Shown: positions 1-11,910, counted from the stretch's first letter. The stretch: DNA of 64,000 nucleotides from Camelus dromedarius (GCF_036321535.1 NC_087437.1:89158001-89222000); one strand, 5' to 3'. Numbers and translations: made by a program. The notes: generated by a model from the sequence alone, not told the origin.

Positions 1-1269
1 CACTCAAGCTAGGCAGCATTTAGTACCTCCAGAAGCTTTTCTTCCCCCCTCAACCTGGAATGGTCTTTCTCCTTTTCTTTCTCTCTTTTTAACAAACTCC
101 CAGTTTTCAGTGCCCATCTGCCTTTAAAGCAAGCTAGTGAGAAAGAATCCCATGGTAACAGTGCTCCTCCTCTTCAAGTCCTGACTTCACTCAGTGTTGT
201 GTAGCCTGCAGCATCTGTATCTGCCACAGTCACTACAAGATGCTATTACACAAATTTCCCAATGTCCTCATCTATTTCTTATACTGGAGAAGAGAGTGTC
301 CGTGTCTTGTCTACTTTTTCTATTTCCAGTTTTCATTACCAAACTCAGTGTCAAGCATATGGTTGTTTCTCAATAATGAATTGCTCAAGGAAAAATGAGT
401 GAATGACTGTAATCAGGCTGTGCAAGCCCATTCATAAAATTCAACAGTTCACCTTTTTCCAATGCATTAGCACAGTATTTTGCAGCTCAAATTATACTCC
501 AGATTTTATTTAAATGCACAACTACACATTTTGTTTAAATGCAATACAATGTTTATTGGCTGTTTCTGGTGGATGATGTTTATTCCTTCTTTTGACTGAG
601 AAACAGCACTGTGAAAATGCCTTCTATCCATCTAGATCCCTACTAGAGTAGCAATGGGAAATTTTCTACTATTGCAAAATAAATAATTGCCACGTGGCTT
701 CTTTGATTTCTGTATAACTGTCTACACTGTTTTGCAAAATTATGATTAATAAACCTCCACTGATATCATAAAATATTCTGTTGTATCTCCCAAATTATTA
801 TACACTAAGCACATGTATTGAATTATCTTTCACCAACCAAGTAGAAATTTCAAATCAAATTAAGTGAGATTATGAAGTTTTATCCTACTCCCTTTGTGTG
901 TGCTTTTATGGTTAATAAATAACCTCGACGTCCTTTGCAAAGACTTATTGATCCAGCCATTTACTAATGGGATGGATTAAACTTGAGGTTCATTTACCAT
1001 TAAACAGATTTCAGAAAACCAGGGAACCTACATTTTTTCATCACCAGACCCCATGATTCACCTGTGTAACATAAGTCCAGGCTACATTTTCTTAGAAACT
1101 TTTTGACTAAAATTAGTGTATTCCCTACAGAAAAGTTTGGCTACAAGTAATCATAATAGTGTCTGTCTAGTGACACCACTCCCTTCAGAAGCGTTTAAAC
1201 AGATGTGATCCCACTTCCATAGCTATGGTACAAAGTTGGATAGAAATGCTGAAAGAAGACAGTCTTTCG

Positions 1270-1716
1270 TTATTCCCAACGTTAAGGTGGAGGGAGTGTT
1301 TAGGATTTCCTCTTTAAGTATGATGTGAGCTATAGATTGTGACAGCTGCCTGCTTCTAGATCGGAATACCCTCTTCTTAGTTTGCTGATAGCTTTTATCA
1401 TGAATCAGTGTTGACTTTTGTCATATGGTATTTTCTGTACCTATTGATGTCATTACATGATTTTTTTAAATAGGTAGCAGATTACATTGATTGACTTTTT
1501 ATGTGAAACGTTTCACAGTCCGGGGATAAAACCTATTTGGTCATGGTGTTATCCTTTTTATGTATTGTTGGATGAGATTTACTGATGTTTTCTTACGTTC
1601 ACAAGGAATATCAGTCTGCAATTTTTTTTGCTTCTAATAACTTTGATTTTTGCATCAGGGTTATATGGGTTTCAAAAAAGCAAGTTGGAAAGTGTTTCCT
1701 CCTCCTCTAGTTTCTT
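1270..1716 (-). mobile_element. Old LINE-1 (L1M-type) ORF2-region fragment, left part (interrupted by a retroposed insert)
   Basis: Degenerate antisense L1 ORF2 motifs (ttaagtatgatgtgagctatag, gattacattgattgac, gggataaaacctatttggtcatggtg); resumes collinearly at 3065. Confidence 0.75.
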
Positions 1717-1735
1717 TTTTTTTTTAGTCTAAATT

Positions 1736-1736
<1 letters not shown>

Positions 1737-1792
<56 letters not shown>
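1737..1792. repeat. (TATC)14 tetranucleotide microsatellite
   Basis: Perfect TATC array read directly. Confidence 0.97.
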
Positions 1793-1793
<1 letters not shown>

Positions 1794-2279
1794 CAACTTT
1801 TGTTAACAGAAGTGATAACAGAACCTGTAGAATTCCCGTAAGAGTGGATTTGAGACCTTGAGGTATACACGAAAAGAGGCCAGAAAACCAGCTGTTAACC
1901 GGAGATGTAACTTCTCACACATATGCATCTGAACCCCCTACATTATGAATGTGTTGCTTCATGTCCTCTAGGGCAGTTGTGATGCTCCTGGATTCATCTG
2001 GTATGAAAGTACAACAGGCAGAATGAATCCAGAAACTCAATAACTACAAGAGGAGAACTTAAACCCATAAGGGTGTAGCTACAAGTGGCCAGCAGACACT
2101 GCTCTGAGAATGGCTGGTGGCACTCTAATTTTGACATCGCTCAGAAAACCCAAGTTCTCGTCAATACAGAAACTTGTCTGAAATCACGTCTACACTGGTT
2201 ACCTAGTTTTACCTTGGATGTCTGAACTACAGCTATTCCATTTTGATTTTCAAATGCATTTTTTTCTCCTTAATGGCCA

Positions 2280-3064
2280 AAGCAGATGTCACTGTTAATG
2301 ACTTTAGTGCTTTTCTAGATATGAGGAGATGCAAGAATTTGGGCTCATAAAATCTTCTTCTGAAAACATCTATCTGAAGGCCTGTTCAGCCAGTTTTCCC
2401 AGAGCACAGAGCGCCTCATTCCTGATTGTCACCCTGCACTCCTTTCAGGGTTTGTTGGAGGTCAGCAGCTGCAGCGGCTCATGATTTAATCCAAGCAGAG
2501 GTAGATGGCAAGTGCCCACGTGATCCAGTCCTTGTAGAGGGAGATGGCGAGTGCCCTCATGATCACAAATTTGACCATGGCTTGGCACAACATTTCATCC
2601 CACAGTGTTAGGAATGTTTATTCCTAGGTCAGGCGAGGATTTTATTGATAGGCCACTCAGTGTGCTATTATGGGACTAGGCCTTATTAACAGTAGCAAAA
2701 ACGTCTCTGGACCACGTGTATTACTAGCCTGTTGTGATCCAGGAAAATACTCCCTCTTGTTGCTTCTTCCCATATCTAGAGTTGCACTATTACAATCATT
2801 AGGCTCATACACAAGTATATACCTGGTCTACTGTTTCAAGTTGCCTAGTCATTATTTTATCAGAGGCTCAGTCACATATCTGGTAATGCAAGAAACAACA
2901 ATTTTGTAAAACAGACAAAATATAAATAATATAGTTAGCAGTATTAGTAAGGTCGTAAGTAAGAATTTAAGCCAAGAACTTCATTAGGGGCAGCTCAGTG
3001 TATCCCCAGGTCATCTGACTTAGTCTGTTCTGTACCAATCCTCATCTTTAAGGAAGATGTTATA
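2280..3064 (-). mobile_element. ERV1-class fragment: partial LTR (MER41-like, artiodactyl) plus adjacent 3' internal sequence
   Basis: agcagatgtcac...tagtgcttttctagatatgaggagatgcaagaa...gggctcataaaatc...cccagagcacagag...gaggtagatggcaag resembles a common artiodactyl ERV1 LTR as recalled; followed by recalled internal-region sequence (gataggccactca...cttgttgcttcttcccatatctagagttgcactattacaatcatt). Confidence 0.7.
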
Positions 3065-3945
3065 CCTCCTCCTCTAGTTTCTTAAAAGCTTTGCATGATA
3101 TGGTATTAATCTTCCTCAAGTGTTCATTGAATTCACCAGTGAAGCAATCTGTGTCTGAAATTTTCTTGTGGGTTTTTTTTTTTAATTAAAAAAACTCAGC
3201 AACATGTATAGGGCTAATCAGATTTTCTAATTCTTGATTCAGATTTGGCAAGTTGTGATTTTCAAGGACTACATTCATTTCACATAAGTTGTCAATTTTA
3301 TTGGCACAATGTTATTATAATCTTTTAAATGTCAGTATCACCTGTAATGTTGTTCCCTCTCTTAGTACAACATTGGTAATTCGTGTTTTTTCCCTCTGTA
3401 TTTCTCTTTTTTTGTATTATCAATCTTCCTAAGGATTTAACAATTTTAATAACTTTATCAAAGAATCAATTTCTGACTGTTGATTTTAGCTATTGTCTAT
3501 CTCTTTTATATTTCACTAATTTCCACTCTTTTTATTTCTTTTATTAATTTCATTTTAATTTAACTTTTTAATATAGCTTCTTAAGTTGGCAGCATAGATA
3601 ACTGATTTTGCATCTTTTTTTTTCTAATAGCGATATTTAAAAAAATATATTTCCCTCCAAACATTGCCTAACTGGGATAAACTGTAGTACTGCGTTTTCT
3701 TTGTTATTTGTTTAGAAATAGTATTTAAATATTCACTGTGATTTATTCTGTAAACATATTTATTTGGAAGTGGATTGCTTAATTTCTGATATTTGAAGAT
3801 TTTGAGAACATTCTATATGATTTAATTCTTTGAAACTTACTGAGACTTGATGTATTGCCCATTCTTAGTGCATAGTCCATGTACAATTGAGAAGAATGTG
3901 TTTCCTGATGTTTGGAGATACAATATTCTATAAATATCAATTTGT
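3065..3945 (-). mobile_element. Old LINE-1 fragment, right part
   Basis: gaattcaccagtgaagc and T-rich antisense L1 ORF2-like sequence continuing the 1270-1716 piece. Confidence 0.7.
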
Positions 3946-4319
3946 GTGGCTCAAACTACCACAGTCTTCTTTTCTCTCCTGGGATTTTGGAGGATATCTA
4001 AATTTTTCCAGGAGGACATTTTTCCAAGAGGAAAAAACAGCCAACCACTCATCCAAGGTCAGCCTGAGGATAGGTCAATGCCATCACTTTCACAGTTCCT
4101 GCAATAAAGGAACAGGCCCTACAGAGCCCCTTCAGTACAAGATACTATCTCTAGAAACTTAGAATAGAGGTGTGGGAAGAGGTGGGAGAAAGGAAATCGG
4201 TGCTGTGTTTCCTAATCAAGTTTCTTCATGTCAAATATGCTCTTCTGTTTTAAAATCTTGCATATCATGAATGCTAAATTTAATCAGGCTCACAAAAGAT
4301 AGGAAGTTACTTCCACTTT

Positions 4320-4519
4320 AAGAGCTATGACTTAACTTTATTTAGAATGATGATCCCTAGATCCATCCATGTTGCTGCAAGTGACATTATTTTATTCTTT
4401 TTTATGGCTGAGTAGTATTCCATTGTATAAATACACCACAGCTTCTTTAACCAGTTCTCATACCAGAAATTAACACATTGTAACTGACTATACTTCAATA
4501 AGAAAAAAAAGAGCTATGA
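4320..4519 (+). mobile_element. Short 5'-inverted (twin-primed) L1 insertion
   Basis: TSD AAGAGCTATGA at 4320-4330 and 4509-4519; antisense L1 segment ~4331-4455 then sense L1 3' terminus with A-tail; TT/AAGA site. Confidence 0.85.
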
Positions 4520-4865
4520 GATTTGATTAGAAATTCATAACCAGCCAGAGAAAAGTATAGAATAGTGTCTATAATAAATACTGTGTATAAATTACATTTG
4601 TCTGTTTTCTCACCCCTCCTTAACACTTACACACACACACCCCTACACACTCACTCACACTTCATATCTTCTTGACTTCTATGAGAGCCCCCAAATCCTT
4701 AATTTCTGAATATAGAATGACATGTTTAATAAAGACACCATTTTATCCTCTTTAAAATTATCTTTGAATAAAAAGTTTTTAAAAGATAATTTCAATCAAA
4801 ACCCTAGATTCAGTGGCTCCATGGAGACACATTCTGATATTTTTTCCTTTCATAAAAATGCAAGG

Positions 4866-4997
4866 CTTGGGGGAGGATATAACTCAGTGGCAGAGTGTGT
4901 GCCTAGCATGCATGAAGTCCTGGGTTCAATCCCCAGTACCTCCATTAAAATTAAACAAACAAACAAACAAACCTAACCTCCCCCTTCCCCCAAAAAA
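4866..4997 (+). mobile_element. tRNA-derived SINE (camelid Vic-1 type)
   Basis: ggggaggatataactcagtggcagag...gggttcaatccccagtacctcc with A/B boxes and (AAAC)n tail; TSD AAAAATGCAAGG at 4854-4865 and 4993-5004. Confidence 0.9.
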
Positions 4998-5047
4998 TGC
5001 AAGGATAAAAAACTTTTTTTTTTTTTGCATTTACATTAAAAAAATTT

Positions 5048-5825
5048 TCCACAAATGACACATGCTGGAGAGGCTGTGGAGAAAAAGGAACCCTCCTACA
5101 CTGCTGGTGGGAATGAAGTTTGGTGTAGCCACTGTGGAAAACAGTATGGAGATTCCTCAAAAGACTAGGAATAGACTTACCATATGACCCAGTCATCCCG
5201 CTCCTGGGCATATATCCAGAAGGAACCCTACTTCAAAAAGACACCTCCACCCCAATGTTCATAGCAGCACTATTTACAATAGCCATGACATGGAAACAGC
5301 CTAAAAGTCCATCAATAGGTGACTGGATAAAGAAGAAGTGGTATATTTATACAATGGAATACTATTCAGCCATAAAAACAACAACATAATGCCATTTGCA
5401 GAACATGGATGTCCCTGGAGAATGTCATCCTAAGTGAAGTAAGTCAGAAAGAGAAAGAAAAATACCATATGAGATCGCTCATATGTGGAATCTAAAAAAA
5501 AAAAATGAACATAACTACAAAACAAAAACAGACTCATAGACATAGAATACAAACTTGTGGTTGCCAGGGGGGAGAAGTGTGGGAAGAGACAGACTGGGAG
5601 TTCAAAATTTGTAGATACTGACAGGCATATGTAGAATAAATAAACAAGATTATACTGTATAGCACAGGGAAATATATACAAGATCTTGTGGTAGCCCACA
5701 GCAAAAAAATATGTGACAATGAATATGTGTATTATCATGTATAACTGAAAAATTGTGCTCTACACTGGAATTTGACACAACATTGTAAAATGACTATAAC
5801 TCAATAAAAAAAAGGTAAAAAAAAC
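5048..5825 (+). mobile_element. 5'-truncated young L1 (ORF2 C-terminus, 3'UTR, A-tail)
   Basis: L1 ORF2 C-terminal DNA (ccactgtggaaaacagtatggagattcc...atggaatactattcagccataaaaa), AATAAA and A-tail; near-identical to 24998-25760. Confidence 0.92.
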
Positions 5826-5924
5826 TTATTGAAATACAGTCAATTACAATGTATCAGTTTCTGGTATACAGCACAATGTCCAGCACAATGTCCCAGTCAT
5901 GCATTTACATACATATATTCATTT
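5826..5924 (-). mobile_element. Short antisense L1 3'-end fragment; host of the plus-strand L1, with its T-tract at ~5014-5026
   Basis: attgaaatacagtcaattacaatg...tcccagtcatgcat matches the L1 end at 10391-10470; direct repeat AAGGATAAAAAACTT at 5001-5015 and 5925-5939. Confidence 0.7.
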
Positions 5925-6614
5925 AAGGATAAAAAACTTGAAGAAAACTTTGTATTTAGGATTCCCATCAACCTAGTTTTTTCCCCCTGCTTTGCTGCTT
6001 TAAGGATCAACAAATGAAAAACATAAGGAAGTATTTCAATATATAACTGAATCATGGAAGCTTTTTCATTAATTTACGAAATAGATTGATTGCTTCCCAT
6101 GTAGTCAATTTGTCACATTCTTTCTCTTAAAAGGTACTACAGTGACCTAGAAACCACATTAGAACCCTGGAACCCAAAGTGATCTTTTTCCTGCTGTGGT
6201 ATTTATTCATTAAGGTGCTTTAGAATCCAGGGGATGGGTGTCTTCATTAGTTACATATTATTTTTGTATAAGAAAGTGTTTTTAAAAGATCATTCCTAAT
6301 GGCAGAGCAGCCATTAAAATGGTTTTCCAAGTGATAACATTTCAGCAAAGAACACTGGGTCTTTGATGGGATACAGGTATAATCACATGCACACATACAA
6401 GTTTTTGCTTTAGCATTTGTCATCTGTTTAGCTTTCACATTGATTTCTGTGATTTTACTGTCTCCTATATGCATATAATTAGGGAGATGAAATTCAACTC
6501 AGGGAAACAAGCTGGGGAAATTCTACACAAAGCAGTCCTTTAAATCTGTTGGTGCTAAGACTGTTGATGTGTGTTTTTTAAAATCAGCCTTATAGAATAT
6601 CTTGGGTGGTGAAG

Positions 6615-6975
6615 TTTTTCTTTTCCAGCTTCACTGATATATAATTGACATACAATGTTGTGTAAGTTTAAGGTGTACAATGCGATGATTTGATAAGGCA
6701 TGTGTTGCAAATGGTTTACCCCCAATAATGTTTATTAACACATTCTTTACCTCACATAATTACCATCGTATTGGTGGTGGTGTTATGGTGAGAATATTAA
6801 AGCCCTTCTCTCATAGCAACACTCAAGTATACAATACAATCTTATGAACTATAGTCAGAATACTGTACATTAGATTCCAGTAACTTATTTGTCTTATAAC
6901 TGAAAGTTTGTATCCTTTGACCGTCTCCCATTTTCCCCACTCCTCAGCCCCCTGGCAGCTACTATTCTACTGAGT
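6615..6975 (-). mobile_element. Older L1 3'UTR fragment
   Basis: gatatataattgacatacaa...tgtaagtttaaggtgtacaa...ataactgaaagtttgtatcctttgacc...cagccccctggca, typical antisense L1MA/MB 3' end. Confidence 0.8.
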
Positions 6976-8508
6976 GGCAAAGTTTTAAAAGGATTTAGAG
7001 TTAGGTGTGTTTTTGTGTTGGTGCAGGTTTGCTGCTCTCTTATCAGAGTTAAAAGTGTGTTCCGAAGGCAGTCTGGTCTCAAAGGAGAGTTTGGAGTCTG
7101 AGGTGCAGAAGTAGCCAGCTTTTTGGAGGTATCCTTGAGCAGTTGTGAAACAGGAAAAGGAATTTTTGTAACCAGGGTTAGCAGGAACAGTAAAACAGAT
7201 TCCTATTTCAGAGTATCTTCATTAATGGACAGCAAGTTAAAACTGCTTCTGACAATCATATCATGAACAAGGTTATACCCCTTTATTTAAACTCTCCCCC
7301 AAAATAATAACATTACACTAAGGGTTGAGTTCTGACTTACTGAATTTAACTGGCTAATCTCTATCTTACCCACTTGAAATAGTTTCTGCTAATTAAAGAA
7401 TTTTTCCATGTATTTAAAATTATATTTATTATTAAAAACAGACTGAGTAAATGTGGTAATAACTGTTATCAAACATTAAGTATGTATTATGAAGAAGACT
7501 TTTGTGCCTACAAAAGCCATTCTCATTTTTACCAAGGTAATCTTGAAAGTTGTCATCATCTCCCTGAGAAAACTTTTGTCTATAGCACATATTTAACATA
7601 CAGATACTCATTTAAAGGTTTAATTATAGTTACAACTATGTGTATTTTTTTGCCAAGTGAAATCCAGTGAAATAGTCATTATAATAACCATGCCCATTTT
7701 GCACATGATGAAACTGAAGACTAATTTTTTTCAACATCATACAAAGCAGAACAGAGAAAATTAATATCTATTAGATATATATTTTTATTAATTCATATTA
7801 TTTAGCATCTAGACCAATATTATACATACATACACACATTTGTATAAGTACAAAATAGACTAATAGACTTATTTATTATCCAATGTAACTTAGATGAGTC
7901 CACATACAGAAATATGTATTAATTCATTACTATTTCAGACGATCTGACTATATTGTTTGGAAAACTGCAGTTCAGTTTATAATCACAAAGAAGCAAAACT
8001 TAAAACATACAATAAAATGGATCACTTAATTATCAGATAATGGAGATAATGACACTTTTAACAAAAGTGTCAATCTGGTGTAAAAGTTATGGATAGTAAG
8101 GATTGCTAAAGACACTCCCAAGATATTTTTTTTTCCTTCTGCAATGAAAGCTCATTTTCGTGTAAATCTGCATTTATTCCTCTAGAAAGAAAAAATGCAT
8201 AGATGCGTGAAGATAATGCAAATTTAACTGAAAAGGAATTTTTGTAACCAGGGTTAGCAGGAGCAGTAAAACAGATGAGAAGGAGAAGCCATACAATTTT
8301 CAAGCCTAGATGCAGAAGCAGTAAGAGGGGACCGCTATTCAAAAGCAACAATTTGGTTGCAATTTGGGTCCAAACACATTAAGATTAGCGTCAGATGAGT
8401 GTGATCTATTCTTACACCCTTGAATTTCCCCTGGATGGAATAGACAACTCAGATACACGGCAATAACCTCCTGGCTGATTTTGGCCAAGAGACTTTCTAG
8501 TTCATTAC

Positions 8509-8548
8509 CTTCCTTAGTATTTTAGTCCAGGGAAAACCAATTTCAATT
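8509..8548 (-). CDS. Candidate 40-nt internal exon (phase 2/0) of an unidentified minus-strand gene
   Basis: ttctttaatag| acceptor, AAG|GTAATG donor; reads (R)IEIGFPWTKILRK in phase with the 14276-14340 segment. Confidence 0.25.
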
Positions 8549-9974
8549 CTATTAAAGAAATTCTTGCTATTATGCCTTTTTGTCTCGCACGTTCATTTTT
8601 TTTTAATTTAAGATTTTTTTCTTTTGCCTTATCTGAACATATTTCAAAAGACAGCATCCCTTTGCTTGCTACTCTGCTGCTTTGAAAAGGTTGTGTTTAC
8701 ACCGTTATCTTCCACAACAAATTACAGTAAAATTTCTGAGATACTTGGCACCATTTACAACGAAATCTTAACACCAAAGCTTTTTGATTAGTTATTTACA
8801 TCCACATTTAATTGCAATATTAGGAGAGTTGAAAAACATAATTTATAGAATGTCAAAATTGATTAGCTTACATTTATACTTTGCTCTTAAGTTACAGAAA
8901 ATCAAAGTCAGAGCACTTGCACAGTGATGCCAGTCACCAGTACTTTCTACATATCCTGCATCCTTGTCAGTTATTAAATCAGTGTGCTTCATTTTCCCAG
9001 CATAGCCTTATGCTACTGCAGAAGTGATGTGAACAGTGGAAGTGACTGCTTGAATTTTGCCTGAATTTCTCAAATAATCCAAGCAGAAATAGAAAGTTTG
9101 CTTGAAGCACTATTGTTATCCTTCTCTTCACAAGTTGAGTCATTCCCAAGCCTGTCAATCAAATGTCCTCTCTGTTAGACGGTTCCACTCTCTTAAGCAC
9201 CATTGCTCAAAATGTCTAGACCTCATACATTTTCTTATTTTATTCTTGCAAACACTCTTTAAAAAAGATAGCCCTCATTTTTAGACAGAGAATACATATA
9301 TGCATCAGAAATGAACTCTAGCAACACTTTTTTTTGTACATAAAATATTTTATATGCATTTCCATATAAAATTTTCCAACCCTCCATACCAACATGATTA
9401 TATTTTCTCCGCTATATAAGTCATTATGAAAATTAATGTATTATATGTGGCTCTAAGAATTGTGAATTTGTAAATAAACAGTAGAATATATGCATCTAGA
9501 TATTGTTAATACCTTCAAAATAGTCACTTTCATAGGTTATGTGTTTATTCAAAAGTAACTGCCACTTTGCAAAAAAAGAATATTTTGAATTTTTCCTGGA
9601 GAATTAACTTGAATACCTGTTATAGATTCGTTGAATTTCTGTAAATCTTTATCTATAAAGAATATATTCATGTCATCACTGTCCCACAACCTCATCATAC
9701 ATTCTTCCTCGTCAAAAATGGAACTTTGAGTCTGGCACTCCAAAGCGTCCTTCTATTTTCCATCCTGAAAACAATGTTCTCTCTCCTTCTAAAAATAACA
9801 CTATTCTGATTTTTGTCATTAGAAACATCTTTGCCTTTCTTTATGATTTTTATTATCCAAGTGTGCATTCTTAGACATTACTCTATAGTCCATTCTTTAA
9901 AATTGTACAACAATAGCAAAGGCAGGATAAATATTTGATTCTTTACTCTCATTTACCCAGAGATCTTGTGCATG

Positions 9975-10312
9975 CTCTTAGCAGTCTCTCGCTGCCCAAA
10001 CCCCAAGAAAAACATCTGGGCTAGCCCCTTAGAGGCTAAGAAACCACATGGAGGGAGGGGCCAGGTGAAAGCTGACCCAACCATCAGACATGTGAGTGAG
10101 GCCATCTTGGATCACAACTCACCCCGCCCAGCCCCACCTCCAGCTGCCAGCTGACTTTCACTGTGTTAATGTTCCCAAAAAGACCACTGGTAAGAAACCA
10201 CCCAGCTAAGCCGAAATCACTAAACCCAAAAAATTATGAGCAAATAAAAAAGGTTGTTGTAAGCCATTCACTTTTCAGGTGGTATTTTACATGGCGATAG
10301 ATACCTGATGCA
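9975..10312 (+). mobile_element. MaLR LTR fragment (MLT1 family)
   Basis: cagacatgtgagtgaggccatcttgga...ccagctaagcc...aaataaaa...ggttgttgtaagcca...gatagatacctgatgca 3' LTR end. Confidence 0.7.
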
Positions 10313-10380
10313 ATATATTTAAAGATAAAATATCTCTAGAGTTCATACTGATATTTCCAATTCAAGTTAGGCTATAGGCC

Positions 10381-11000
10381 TTTTTTTAAAATTGAAGTAT
10401 AGTCAGTTACAATGCTGTGTCAATTTCTGGTATATAGCATAATGTCCCAGTCATGCATGTATATATACATATATTCATTTTCATATTCTTTTTCATTAAA
10501 TGTTATTATAAGATATTGATATAGTTCCCTGTGTTATGCAGATTTTTATTTTTTATGTTTTTATATATAGTGATTAACCTTTGCAAATCTCAAACTCTCA
10601 AATTTATCCCTTCCCACCCCTTTTCCCCCCAGTAACCATAAGACTGTTTACTATGTCTGTGAGTCTGTTTTTCTTTTGTAGATGAGTTCATTAGTGTCTT
10701 CTTTTGTCTTTTTTTAGATTCCACATATGAGTGATATCATACGGTGTTTTTCTTTCTCTTTCTGGCTTACTTCACTTAGAATGACGATTTCTAGGTACAT
10801 CCATGTTGCTGCAAATGGTATTATTTTGTTCTTTTTTATGGCTGAGTAGTACTCCATTGTATAAATATACCAAAATTTCTTTATCCAGTCATCTGTGGAT
10901 GGACATTTAGCTTGCTTCCATGTCTTGGCTATTGTAAATAGTGTTCCTATGAATATTGGGGTGCATGTAGCTTTTGGAATTACAGTTACCTCCAGATATA
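10381..11000 (-). mobile_element. 5'-truncated young L1 3' end
   Basis: T-run then attgaagtatagtcagttacaatg...agattccacatatgagtgatatc...ccatgttgctgcaaatgg...gtcttggctattgtaaatagtg. Confidence 0.9.
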
Positions 11001-11910
11001 TTCATTGCATATTTTAATATTTAATCATATCTATGTCATCAGATTTCAAAGTCAATAAATATTATATGCCTTCCCATTTAACCCTCATTTAGTTTCAATT
11101 TAACACCTAACCTTATCTTGAATACACACCACAAGTCATCACATCAGTGTGTCTTTAGTCGTTTTTGCTTTCTGAATCTCACTCTCTATGGGATTTACTC
11201 TATGTTTTAGGATGAGAACAAGGGAACTATCTTCATTGAGTTTTGTGTGTTGATACCAGTTTGTGACTTTCATAATTGAAGGTCAGTTTTAGTGGATAAA
11301 TAGCTTATCTCATTTTCTTACTATGGGAGTCTTACATGTTTACTCTGTTTTCTTCTAACATAAAACACTGCCTTTGGAAAGCCTGATGATAATCTAATTT
11401 TATTTTCCACATAATTCACATTTTTCCCCCTGGATATCCAAAAGATTTATGTTTCCTTTTGTTTAAATCCCAGGAAATGTGCTAGGTTATGTGCTGATGT
11501 CCCACATATATATTGTTGCGTATCAAACCACCCCAAAACTTAGTGGCCAAAATACCAACGTTACAAGGCTTACAAGTTTTGTGAGAAAGAAACTTGGAAA
11601 ATATACAGAGGGGACACCTCATCTCTACTCCATGATGTTTGAGGCTGGAAAACAGATTACTAAGATAGTTTCTTCACTTACACCTGGTGGCTGGACTTGG
11701 AGCACCTATGTGTCGTTTCTACAGATGGTGGTCTCAGCGTTATTGATACTTTACATGGACACTGAGGGCCCCTTTATTCCCATGAATAAAGGGGAAGCTA
11801 TAAGGTCTTTCATAAATTTCTTCATACACTATGGTCAAAGCAGTCACAAGTCTTTCCAAATTAAAGAAGAAAGGATACAGTTCCCCAACTGCATCCCTGT
11901 TGTTGGTTGC

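Larger units (their letters stand above)
1698..3083 (-). pseudogene. L1-mediated retrocopy of a chimeric ERV/unassigned-sequence transcript, flanked by TSDs
   Basis: Direct repeat CCTCCTCCTCTAGTTTCTT at 1698-1716 and 3065-3083; T11 run at 1715-1725 (minus-strand poly(A)); TCTT/AA endonuclease-like site; splits an old L1. Confidence 0.8.

Noticed and set aside
4866..4945. tRNA gene (also 12005-12079 and 40292-40370)
   Set aside because: A/B boxes are followed by A-rich tails and flanked by TSDs: tRNA-derived SINEs, not tRNAs.
6894..7203. Open minus-strand frame spanning the first 47-bp repeat copy
   Set aside because: Weak acceptor, runs into an L1 3'UTR, no recognisable peptide.
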